Positions 10,653-21,845 of a stretch of 64,000 nt of DNA are shown here, in pieces. The DNA is taken from positions 124,001 through 188,000 of the forward strand of contig JAAOMT010000151.1 of the NCBI GenBank assembly GCA_016748015.1, written 5' to 3'. The first letter of the stretch is position 1; each line of letters starts with the position of its first letter. A model generated the notes under the pieces. That model had not been told where the DNA came from. It made no database searches and saw only the letters and a program-made list of their open reading frames with translations. The DNA is from Geosiphon pyriformis uo1 (lineage: Eukaryota > Fungi > Glomeromycota). The position numbers and the translations under genes are program-made.

Positions 10653-13600
10653 TTGCTTAGTAATACAGCAGCTAATGAACAAAAAACTATTACTGTTATG
10701 TATACTGAAGCTACAGTAGAAGGAAAACCCATCCAATTAATTCTAGACAGTGGATCAGCTGGAAGTATTATTACCTACCAGTTAATACAACAGCTTCAAA
10801 AAACTGTTGACAGACCAGCCCAAACTGTAATTGTTACAGCAAATAGTATGAAAAAGACATCAGTAAGAGAAATTGACAATTTCCCATTTACCATTGATGG
10901 AATCACCATTCCAGTCAAAGTTCTAGTTATGGATGCACTCCAATACCAAGCTCTGGTTGGAAATGATTGGCTTCTTAAGGCCAATGCAAACTTGGACTGG
11001 AAAACTCAGGAATTAAAAATCTCATACTAAGAATAATACATCATAGTACCTGCTACTTATGAAACTTCAACAAATGATCAGAAAAAGCCCCAGTATTTGA
11101 ATTTGAAGAGGAGAAAGAAATGCCACTTACTGAAATCTACATGGCTCTTGGATTAATATCCAATTGGACTGAGGAAACAGAACAAAAGATTTTTGAAGAA
11201 TCAAGAAGATGGAAAAAAGTTAAATATTCCACACCAGAACCACAAAAAAAACCATCATACATTCCACTAAAATGCAAAGATTACAAGAAAAAGCTTTTAT
11301 CTATGGGAGCCTGTATTTCCTCAGAAGAAGAATATGAAACTCGTACTTGCTACTTCTATAAAGCATACCATAGAGAACGATTTGGATCTCCAAAAAGAAG
11401 TGGAAAATAGGACAACACACCTTGTCTTATATGTGGAGATATGCTACCAAAAGAATACAACTGGATTGATGTTGTAATAAGAGGAAGAGTATGTGATCAA
11501 ACCTGTCAATATGTTTTATCAATTTCAGAAAAAGTCAGAAGAGAAACACCATTTAATGCAGCATACAACAGTGCTCTCAATAAACTTTACCACTATCCTT
11601 ATAATGCTGAAATGATCTTTGATTTAGCAATGGCTTTAATTAATGGAGCCATACAAGAAGACATCTGCCAAATAAAAGAAGCTGAGTACATTGAATACAC
11701 AATAGAATTAGCTGGATTTAACTATGAAGATGAGGTAGAGACATACCACCAAATTGCAAGCCATACATATCCAACACAAGAAGCTCAAATTCAATAATTA
11801 GAGCAAATAAACATTCAATTGTGTTAGGAATGCATCATGTCTTGTGATAACAAATGGTGTCCAGAATGCTATGCTCTTAGCATTCTTCTGCCCAGTGAAA
11901 ATGACCAGAAAGAAATTGAATTTGGGAAACCTGAAACAAAGAAAGAAATCACAACAACACCAATCTATCTTATTGAAAACCAGTTCACTATACAACTCAA
12001 ATACTTTGACAACAATGGACAAGGAATAAAACCAGAAAAAGCCCACGAAATTGATGCAGGATATGACTTCAGATATTCTGGCAAAGACACTTTGGTTCTC
12101 CAACCAAAGTTCTTGACAAAAATCAATCTTAAAATTGCTCTTGAAATTCCATCTGGAGCAATGGTTCAAATTGCATCCAGATCATCATTGGCAAGCAAAG
12201 AAATCAACATTAGAGGAGGAGTCATAGATGCAGAATATACTGGAGACATTATTATCATGTTATAGAATGAAACAGACAAACCATTCAGGATTGAACATGT
12301 TAAGAAAATTGCCCAAGCAATTTACCTATCCTTAATCAACATTTTGGGTTTACAATCAGTGAAGAACAGAGAACAATTGGGAAAAAATGAAAGAGGAACT
12401 CAAGGTTTTGGTTCAACTGGACGATTTACAGTACCAGTAAACATAGCTCTCAATGCACAGAATAAATCTCACCAGATTCTTCAACTTTTCCAACCAATTA
12501 CTATTTTATCTTTTGGAGAACATCACAAAATTTACACTTGCTCAAAACCCACCACTACCCAACAAATCTTTGAATCCAATAAACAAATCTGTTTGAAGCA
12601 TAAAATCTCAATCCCAAACATTTATATTTCCAAAAGAATGAAAAAATTTCAAGTTACATTCTACAACTCCAATAATTACCCTATTGTCTTATTAAATAAA
12701 TTAGAAATTGGAATCATACAAAGCAATATTTTCCAAAATGAAAACCCTCAAATTGTCTTTAATTTCATCGAAATTATAAAACATATATTACTTTCAAATC
12801 CAAACATCACTTTTACTACTGAAAACTACCACCTGTTGGAAGAAAAACTCATTAAAATCAACATAAGTCTCTTAAAACCCCAACAACAAAAGACAATTGA
12901 AACAATTGATAGCTGAATTTGCAGATATATTTGCAAAAGACAACAATGACCTGGGAAAAACTGATATTGTTTAACATCAGATCCACACAGAAGATGCTCT
13001 ATCAAAACAACAACAAGCCTATTGAGTTCCACCTACCAGCCACCAATTTATCAGAGAAGAGGTCCAAAGAATGCTCAATAATGGATTGATTCAACTATCA
13101 AGAAGTCTATGGACCTCACCAGTAATTTTAGTTAAAAAAAAAAACGGAAAAATCAGATTTTGTGTTGATTACAGACAACTGAATAGTGTTACAATTGAAG
13201 ATGCCTACTCTCTTTCAAGAATTGATGACATGCTAGATGCTCTAGGAAAAGCCAAGTTCTTCTCAACTTTAGACTTGAAAAGTGGATACTGGCAAGTCGA
13301 AATGAACCCAAAAGATAGACTCAAAACAGCATTCACCACTCAAAAAGGAAACTATGAGTTCAATGTTATGCCTTTTGGACTCTACAATGCATCAGCAACA
13401 TTTCAATGACTTATAGATGTTGTATATGAAGGACTCTTATGGCAATCAGTAGTTGTTTATCTTAATAACATTAATGTATACTCACCAAGCTTTGAAGTTT
13501 ATCTTATCTATCTGTGAGAAGTTTTTCAACAATTACGGAAAGCAGGATTAAAGTTGAACATTAAAAAATGTCACTTTGGAAAAACAAGCTTAATTTTTCT

Positions 13601-14158
13601 TGGACACATTGTTAGCAAAAATGGAGTCAAACCAATTCCTAGAACAATCAGCACTGTCAAAAACTTTCAAACTCCCAAAAATACCACAGAACTATGAAGA
13701 TTTGTAGGATTAGCCTCTTATTATAGAAAATTCATAAAAGGATTCTCAGAAATTGTCAAACAACTCAACTATCTTACCAACAAAAACATGTCATATTAAT
13801 GGACTGAAGAACAACAAAAAGCTTTTGAAACTCTCAAAACAAAATTGACAACAGCCCCAGTTCTTGCTTACCCAGACTTTAACAAACGGTTTCAACTAGC
13901 CACTGATGCTTCACACATAACATTTGGTGTCATTCTATCACAATTGAATAAAAATGGCCAAGAACAAGTCATTGTCTATGCCAGTAGAACACTCAAGCCA
14001 ACAGAACTCAAATATGGCTCAACTAAATTGGAAGCTGCTGCAGTCATTTGGGCTTTTAAATATTTTCAACAATATCTGAAGAATGGAAAAGAATTTGACA
14101 TTATAATTGACAATATTGGTCTCAAATGGCTCAATAAAAAGAAAACTGAACAAAGTGC
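10653..14158 (+). pseudogene. pol: Element A pol 5' part: aspartic protease, Cys-rich insert, dUTPase, RT, RNase H
   Basis: LILDSGSAGS (PR). SPVILVKKK..RFCVDYRQLN, LDLKSGYWQ, MPFGL and YLNNI from YLDDI (RT). LATDAS and LEAAAVIWA (RNH). Confidence 0.92.
11990..12422 (+). pseudogene. dut: dUTPase domain within element A pol
   Basis: All five trimeric dUTPase motifs are recognisable: AGYDF, IASRSS, GVIDAEYTGDI, KIAQ and ERGTQGFGSTG. Two nonsense codons. Confidence 0.92.
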
Positions 14159-14875
14159 TGTTACAGGTTGAAGTAACAAGCTAACAAATAGCAAGGGAGA
14201 ACAGGATTATAAGATAATGGAAATAATCAAAGAGAATTCAACTTCAAAGAGCAAATTGAATGAATATGGATTCAATGTGTGAAATCAGTCTCATAAAATA
14301 TTTTAGTCACTATACTTTTCAAAGGTAACCGGAGAATCTGAAAGTAGAGGGATAGTCCATACTGTCAACAAATAATCACACTTGGTATAATTTTATGCCT
14401 CATATCAGCACTCTTAGAATTCAATATCAAGTATCAGATATGCTCTTCAGTCACGTTTTATTTAATAATCTTTAATTGCTGCAATTACACATTTCAGGAA
14501 AAAGGTAGGAAATAACCAACAAGTAATCTTTTATCTTTAAAATGTTCAGATACTTGAAAGTAGAGAAGGGGAAATTAGCGATAAGAGAATGATTGAAATA
14601 AACATTGTTATTTTATTTATTCTTGATTATTTTGAACATGCTTTTCTACAGCTAAGAGATTCATTGCTTATATAGTTGTCAAAAGTAGTCAATGATTAGG
14701 TCAACGACTAGGTCAATGATCAGATCAATGGTCAGGTCAATGATCAGGTCATTAATCAGGTCAATGATTAGGTCAATAATCAGATCAACAGTCAGGTTAT
14801 TGATCAAGTCAATAATAACTTACTAAAAATAGAGTGGCTAATTTATATGACATCAATGGCTAATACATGTGATAA

Positions 14876-15532
14876 TTAATAAGAAGTATAAGTTTCAACC
14901 ATAACATCATCTTTTCCAAAAAGATTAAGCTCTGGCAAAATCAAGCTATTCATGGAGTAATCTATTTGAAAGATTTTATCTAACTCAAAGCTAACTAGTT
15001 TGTTGAAGTTTTTTGTGGATAAGGTATATAACACTTGAGGCAAAATGAGTTTTGTATCCAAGAGACTAAATCTTTGTATTAGAGTTTTGGCTCTTTTAGC
15101 AATAGTTAAAACTCTTGAGACATCTAACCATATAATGCCCAAAATTTCTGCCTGTATCTTTGAAGTTGTTTTTTTCATGAGTTTCATATTCTTTATAATT
15201 TCACCAAGATGACCATAGAGTTCTAATTGTCTTCCATATGACAAGTTTTTGTCTATGGGTAAGATTTCTTGAAGTGTTTTTCTAATTATGTTGGAAGATA
15301 GGAGTATAGCTGCTATTATACTTTCCAACAGATATTTATCTATTTTACTACCAATTTTTTCTCTTTTGGTAGTAGTTTTCTTTGGTCTAATAACAGTATG
15401 TGTTCTACTGTTATCAGTTATGGTGGTTTGTTTTCCAATGGTCAGAGTAGCATTTGGATAGTTTTTGATCCAATACACATGGAGAATATAGAAGGCATTT
15501 TGAATGTTTTGATCCAAAAAATAATTGTTTAT
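14876..15532 (-). CDS. Element B ORF3 (unknown function, env position), reads through the PPT into the 3' LTR
   Basis: Stop-free frame downstream of the integrase stop (15574). The start is ATA here and ATG in copy C (MNNYFLDQNIQN). Confidence 0.7.
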   Translation of the reverse strand: MNNYFLDQNIQNAFYILHVYWIKNYPNATLTIGKQTTITDNSRTHTVIRPKKTTTKREKIGSKIDKYLLESIIAAILLSSNIIRKTLQEILPIDKNLSYGRQLELYGHLGEIIKNMKLMKKTTSKIQAEILGIIWLDVSRVLTIAKRAKTLIQRFSLLDTKLILPQVLYTLSTKNFNKLVSFELDKIFQIDYSMNSLILPELNLFGKDDVMVETYTSY

Positions 15533-15573
15533 GTCGATTGAAAATATCTCTGTTTTGGGAATAGTGCATTTAT

Positions 15574-18500
15574 TTATACTTGATTTTTGCTGATTATTTG
15601 AGTCGGTATTACCACAACAGGCAGCCAATCAGATTATTTATAATATTTCTTAAGTCATGTACTGTGAACAAGATGATTATTGAAGATTGTTCCAGATTGA
15701 TCTTGAAGAATATAAGAATCATTGTTCAAAATTTTGTTGATTATAAAGAGTTCTTTCCATTAGCTAAAGAATTTATTACCATAAATATTGTCTCTATCTG
15801 AATGGTATTCTAATACCAAGTTACCAATACTTAAAGAAAGTGTTTTATAGGTTTTTTTTTTTTTAAGCTTTTCTTGGAATTGTTTTATTTTTTTAAAAGC
15901 AATTATTTGTGCTTCTACCAAGGAGTCAAGAATAGTACCAAGTTTTTTTTGCAAAATGTCTTTGTAATTCTCTATTGTAATCTCTTCAAAGGGTATTGTT
16001 TCAATATTAGTTTTTATTAGTAGTATTGCCATGCATCCATAGAGCAGATAAAAAGATTTATAACTTGTTATGTCATGATTCACAGTTCTATAAGCAAACA
16101 AAACTGAAGGCAGTACTTTGTCCCATAAGTTTGTTTCTTCACTGGTTTTGGCTAGGGTTTCACATAATGTTTTATTGAAACGTTCTACTAAGCCTTTTGT
16201 TTGAGAGTAATAAGGGAAGAAAAGTTTATGATGTATTCCCATTTTTTTACAAAGTTTTTCAACCAGTGTACTGAGAAAAGCTCTTCTTCTATCAAATAAA
16301 AGTTCTTTGGAGCAACCATGATGGTAAATAATATCTTCATAATTGAAATTGGCTATTGAGACTGCTGTTTGGTCTGGGGTGGCTCTTGCTTTTACCTACT
16401 TTGTAAGATAGTCAGTAGCTGTGATAATATATCTGTTGCCATTAGAAGTGATTGTTAAAGGTCCAACAACATCTATACCAATTCTGTCAAATAGTTGACC
16501 AACAGAGATTGGATAAATATCTTCTTTGTGATTGGGTTTGCTTCTTCTTTGGCAGATGTTACAGGTTTTAATGTATTCATTAATGTCTTTTCTCAAGGTA
16601 GGCTAATAATAACGAGCTAAAGTTTTCTGAATTGTCTTTGTTTTTTCAAAGTGTCTAGTTAATGGGTCAGTGTGCATATTGTATATTACAATTTTTTTTT
16701 CTTCAAATCTGATGACTTTCTAGGGGCAGTCAAGATCTTTTCTGTTTCTTTTATATAATTGGTTCTGGCAGATCAAATAAAAATTTGATTGTTTGCACAA
16801 ATATTCTCTTTGCTGTCAAGTGTATTTAGGTGGATATTGTCCTTTACCCAAAAATTTCATTAAGGCAGAGTAGTTGTCCAAGTCTATTATCATGTTTGTT
16901 TATGAAAGAGTTACTAATAATTAAGTTGGTTTGGTTTGAGAGGTTGTACTGTCACTGGATGGTAAGTCTAAATAGAATATTGGCATTTTGATGATTTGCT
17001 CTTTTATGGTGTTGAATATTATAGTCAAATTCATCCAAGTGGAGTATTCAGCGAGTTATTTTTTTGTGTTCTAGCTTCTTTTTATTGTACAGCCAAACCA
17101 AGACTTGATGATCTGTTATTACTAAGAATTTTGCACCAAAAAGATATTGATCTCAATAGTTGGTAGCCCAAACTACTGCTAGACATTCCTGTTCTGTAAC
17201 TAAGTAATTTTTTTCTGTTGGTGTAAGGGATTTATTGGCATATGCTATGGCATGTTCTCTGCTATTTTCATCTTTCTGTGAAAGAACAGCACCAAGTTCA
17301 TAGCCAGATGTATCAGTGTAGAGGATAAAAGATTGGTCCAGATCAGGTTGTTTGAGAATTAGTTCAGTAACAAATTTTTTCTTTAGAAATTCAAAAGCTT
17401 TTTGTTGATGAGTGCTCCAGTAATAATTGACATTTTTTTTGAGTAGCTGATTGAGAGGAAAGGCAATTTTGAAGAAATCCTTAAAAAATTTGTAATAGTA
17501 AGAGGCCAAACCAAGGAAAGAGCATAGTTTAGGAACATTCATTAGTTGTTTAATGTTTTGAACTTTCTCAACTTTAGCTGAGTCAGGAAAAATTCTATTT
17601 TTTGTAACAAAATAACCAAAAAATTGGGTAGATTGGTGTCCAAAGAAAGATTTGATTGGGTTGATCTTAAGGCCAGCATTTCTGAGCAGGTCAAAAACCT
17701 TTTGTAAATGTTTAAGATGTTCATTCCAGGTTTTTGAATATATTATTATGTCATCCAAGTAAACCAGAACAAAGTTTTCTTTTACTAATTCAAACACTTT
17801 ATCTATTAGACATTAAAAGGTGAGAAGAACATTGATGAGACCAAAAGGCATAACTGTGAATTCATAGGTGCCATACTTGGTGATAAAGGCAGTTTTTTTT
17901 CTGCTTTCTGGGTCCATCTCTACTTGCCAGAATCCAGCAATTAAATCAATGGTTGAGAAGAAAGCAGCACTATTGAATTTATCTAACATTGCATCAATTT
18001 TGGGGAGTAGGTACATGTTTCTTATAGTGATAACATTTAATTAGCAGTAGTCAACACAGAAGCATAGGATTCCACCTTTCTTAGATACTACTACAACTGG
18101 AAAAGCCCATTTACTTTTGGTTTCTTGTATGAATTCAAGATCTTTCATCCAGTTTATCTTTTTCTTAATAAACTCATCATTGCATTAATTGGATTAATAA
18201 GGCTTCAAATAGATGGGGCGAGTTTCTTTGGTAGTGATGGTGTGTTGTATTATATGGGTTTGTCCAGGAGTGTCATCTTCTTTTGAGATAACTGGGCTAT
18301 TTCTAGCCAACAGATTTTCAATGTCCACTTTTCTTTCTTCAGAGAAAGGTTCTCTTTGTTTTACAACTAGTGATTGGATTTCAGGTGGTTCATTCTCAAA
18401 GAACTTTTGTACTTCTTTAAGTTCTTCTCGAGGTATCAAGCTAATTGGTTTCCAATTTTTGTAATAGATTAGGCAGGATTTGTATTTATCACTTGGTAAA

Positions 18501-19639
18501 TACAAAAGTTTATTACACCAGCACCATGCATAAGAGCCATGCCACCAATAACTGTATTTTGCTTTCTTGCCAGGTTTTTTGTCAAAGGTTCTTTTGAAGA
18601 TATTATAGTAGGGCCAGCAAATCAGTTTGCCATTTACCATGATTCCTTCTTTGTCAGCTTTAACATTGTCCAGTGGCTTGCCATTATTAGTAAAGATGGT
18701 ATAAGCGAGTTCAGCAGTTTCTTCTGGTTTTTCTTGATCTTCTTCATCATTGCTCTTATCATTATCTGATTCATCTGATTGTTCTTCTTCTTGGTTCTGC
18801 TTGGATACTGGAGAGATTGTCCAATATCAGCATTTAACCATAATAAGTTTCTTACCACATCTGATGGTTAGTTCACAAAGTTCATAGTCAAGTAATGCTT
18901 TGGTTTTCTTAAGCCATTTATTACCAACAATGATGGTATACTCTTTTGTTTTAGATACTTCCATATCTGTTTCAATGCTGATACTATTGATGTGGACAAA
19001 AATAGCTTTGGCTATGCTCAGGTCTTTCTTTTTGTCACCATGTACATTAGTCATTGGTCTTGTAGAAGACTTATCAATCTTTCTGCCAATTGCTTCAAGA
19101 AAATGTTTGGCAATTACACTAACAGATGATCTACTGTCTAGGATCAGATTAATAAAGTAACCAGTCACTTGGGCTTTACAAATCAAAGGGGTGACATTGC
19201 TGTTATCAGCAAGTTCAGCTTGGTGAGAGCATTTGTTGGTCTTTGGTGTCTTTTTTTTTGGTATCAATGATTTGCAAAGATTTTTTCTGAATTGTGGATG
19301 GGTCATCAGTTGGTTAAATGTAATGTGTGCTGAAGTTTCCATGAGATTTTTAACAACAGAATAGAGTCCAGATTTTTGTATAATTTTTGGGGGTTCCAAC
19401 TTTAGAAAATTTTTAAAAACTTTAGCCTTTAATGATTCATTGTTATTAGCAGTTGATGTGGAGACTTTCTTTGGATCTAGAACGAAATCAACCTTAGCTT
19501 TCTTCTTCTTTCTTGTTGATTCAGAGGTGTTGATTGCTAATTCATCCATGTTATGGTTATCATTAGTTAGGTTAAAAGCATAAAAAAGGTTTTCTTTTAG
19601 TTGGCTTGCACTTTCACCCTTTGGAGGTGCACTTACTAG
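15574..19639 (-). pseudogene. pol: Element B pol (PR, Cys/Trp-rich insert, RT, RNH, IN)
   Basis: LILDSRS (PR), VYLDDIIIYS (RT), LYTDTS and EQECLAVVWA (RNH), CNICQRR, GIDVVGPL and GLVERFN (IN). Confidence 0.92.
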
Positions 19640-21162
19640 TTTAAAGGCTAATAAATAGTGGCTTCAACTAGGGAATCCTCTCCAAAGAAATTGATGTTGG
19701 CATGATTGGTTTTTTGGTTGGGAACATTATTGTTAATGGTTCTGTTGTTTTGATTGTTATTGTTTCTAGGAGCTGGAGGGGGCAATGGAGGATTGTTGCA
19801 GTCTCTTAAAAAGTGTCCAGTTAGTCCACAACAATAGCACACAGGTGGGTCACGATTTTGCTGTCTTTGATATGGTGGTTGTTGGGACTGATTAAAATGG
19901 GGTTCAAATCTGGGTCTTTGGAATTGTTGATTCTCTTTAACTGCTTGGGCCAATAGTTCTAATAGCTGGGCAAGATTAGCTGTAAGCCTATCTATTAAAT
20001 GTTCATTTGGATCTTGAGTTTGGGCAGCAAAAGAGATAGTAGCTATTTGTGGAGCAGGAGCCATAATAGGAGCAGAAGCAAAAACTGAAAGTGTGGATCC
20101 CAAGTGCATCTTTTGGTTGTCTTCAATTCGTTGGGCAAGTTCAATGGCTATATCTATTGTGAGATTATCTTTTAAGGCCAGGAGGGGCCAAAGAGCATAT
20201 GATAAATCAGTTCTCAGTTCTTTTGTGAAGAAATATATTTTCTGCTCTTCTGTTTAATTTCTTCCAGAGTCTATCTATTTAATGAGTTTTTTTATTGCTT
20301 TGGCATATTCTGTCACAACCTCACCAGAGCCTTGTGTTCTTCTTTCTAATTCTATATGCCATTTTGAGATTAAGATGGGAGTTCTGAATTTCATTTCAAA
20401 CTAGGTAGTGAAAAAGGTGTTGTCTTTTCCAGCATTTGCTGGTGCTCATTTAATGATTCTTTGTTGAGCATTGGCATTAGGAGAGCCTTGGAGGTAGCCA
20501 CCAATGATTTGGAACTTGTATTCATTATCATATTGGTTTGCTGTGGCAGCTCTCTCAAAATCATCCAGCCATTCAATTAGATCTTGGGCATTATCTCTAA
20601 ATAATGGTAATGGAGTGTTGTTTTTTCGCCCTAAAGCAATCTATATACCTTGAAAGGCAATCAGAATGTTTTGTTGCAGAGGGTCTTGAGTCATTGGTTC
20701 AGGTGTAACTGTTTGTGTGGAGTGTTCTGATTTACTTGAAAAGAGATTAAAAACAGGAGTGGTTTGATAGCTTTCTTCTTTTGTTTTACGAGGAGTTTCT
20801 GTTGATTGATAGACAGCAATCCAAATATGGATTTGATGATTCAGATATTCGAAATCAGAGGGCTGTTGTTCAAAGGTTGTTGAGTATAAAAGTTGGTTAA
20901 TGCTGTTGTTTCTTTCTTCACAGTTGTCTTCAAAATAAGCTTGGTCAAAGTAATAGGTTGTATAAGCTGTGTAGGTTTTAGCTGAATGCTCATTCAAGAA
21001 CCAGTTCCAAAAGTCTTGGAATTGTCTGCTAGATTGTTTTTTAATGGGAAAGCAAATCAAGCAGAAGGGCAAAGGATTGAATTCAATAAAGTTTAGATCA
21101 TTTTTGTTGTGTGCTTCAAAGTGTTCTTCTGATTGTTGTGGCAGGTATGAATAATCACTCAT
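19640..21162 (-). pseudogene. gag: Element B gag
   Basis: Capsid motifs (QG.GEVVTEYAKA, seen intact in C) and knuckle CYCCGLTGHFLRDC. Confidence 0.88.
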
Positions 21163-21845
21163 ACAATAGGAAACAAAGTGAATTTTAACAATCTCACAGG
21201 AAGCACCACTTTTATGTTACAGGTTGGAGTAACAAGCTAACAGATAGCAAGAGAGAACAGAATTATAGGTGATAGAAATAATCAAAGGGAATTCAACTTC
21301 AAAGAGCAAATTGAATGAGTATGGATTCAATGTATAAGATCAGTCTTATAAAATATCTCAGTTGCTATACTTTTTAAAGGTAACTGGAGAATCTGAAGGT
21401 AGAGGAATAGTCTGTACTGTCAACAAATAATCACACTTGGTATAATTCTATGCCTCACATCAGCGCTCTTAGAATTCAATATCAAGTATCAGATGTGTTT
21501 TTCAGTTACGTTTTATTCAATAATCTTCAATTGCTGCAATTACACATTTCAGGAAAAGAGTAGGGAATAACCAACAAGTAATCTTTTATCTTTAAGATGT
21601 TCAGATACTTGAAAGTAGAGAAGGGGAAATTAGCAATAAGAGAATGATTGAGATGAACATTGTTATTTTATTTATTCTTGATTATTTTGAACATGCTTTT
21701 CTACAACTAAGAGATTCATTGCTTATATAGTTGTCAAAAGTGGTCAATGATCACTTACTAAAAATAGAGTGGCTAATTTATATAACATCAGTGGCTAATA
21801 CATGTGATAATTAATAAGAAGTATAAGTTTCAACCATAACAGTGC

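Larger units (their letters stand above)
14159..21841 (-). mobile_element. Ty3/Gypsy element B, full length, inserted in the RNase H C-terminus of A
   Basis: 3' LTR 14159-14906 and 5' LTR 21215-21841. TSD GTGC/GTGC. PBS at about 21190-21208 and PPT at about 14907-14917. Removing B restores A's ..EQSAKQS.W.. reading. Confidence 0.95.

Noticed and set aside
14876-15628. ORF3 as a retroviral env
   Set aside because: It is too short and has no visible signal peptide, TM anchor or furin site.
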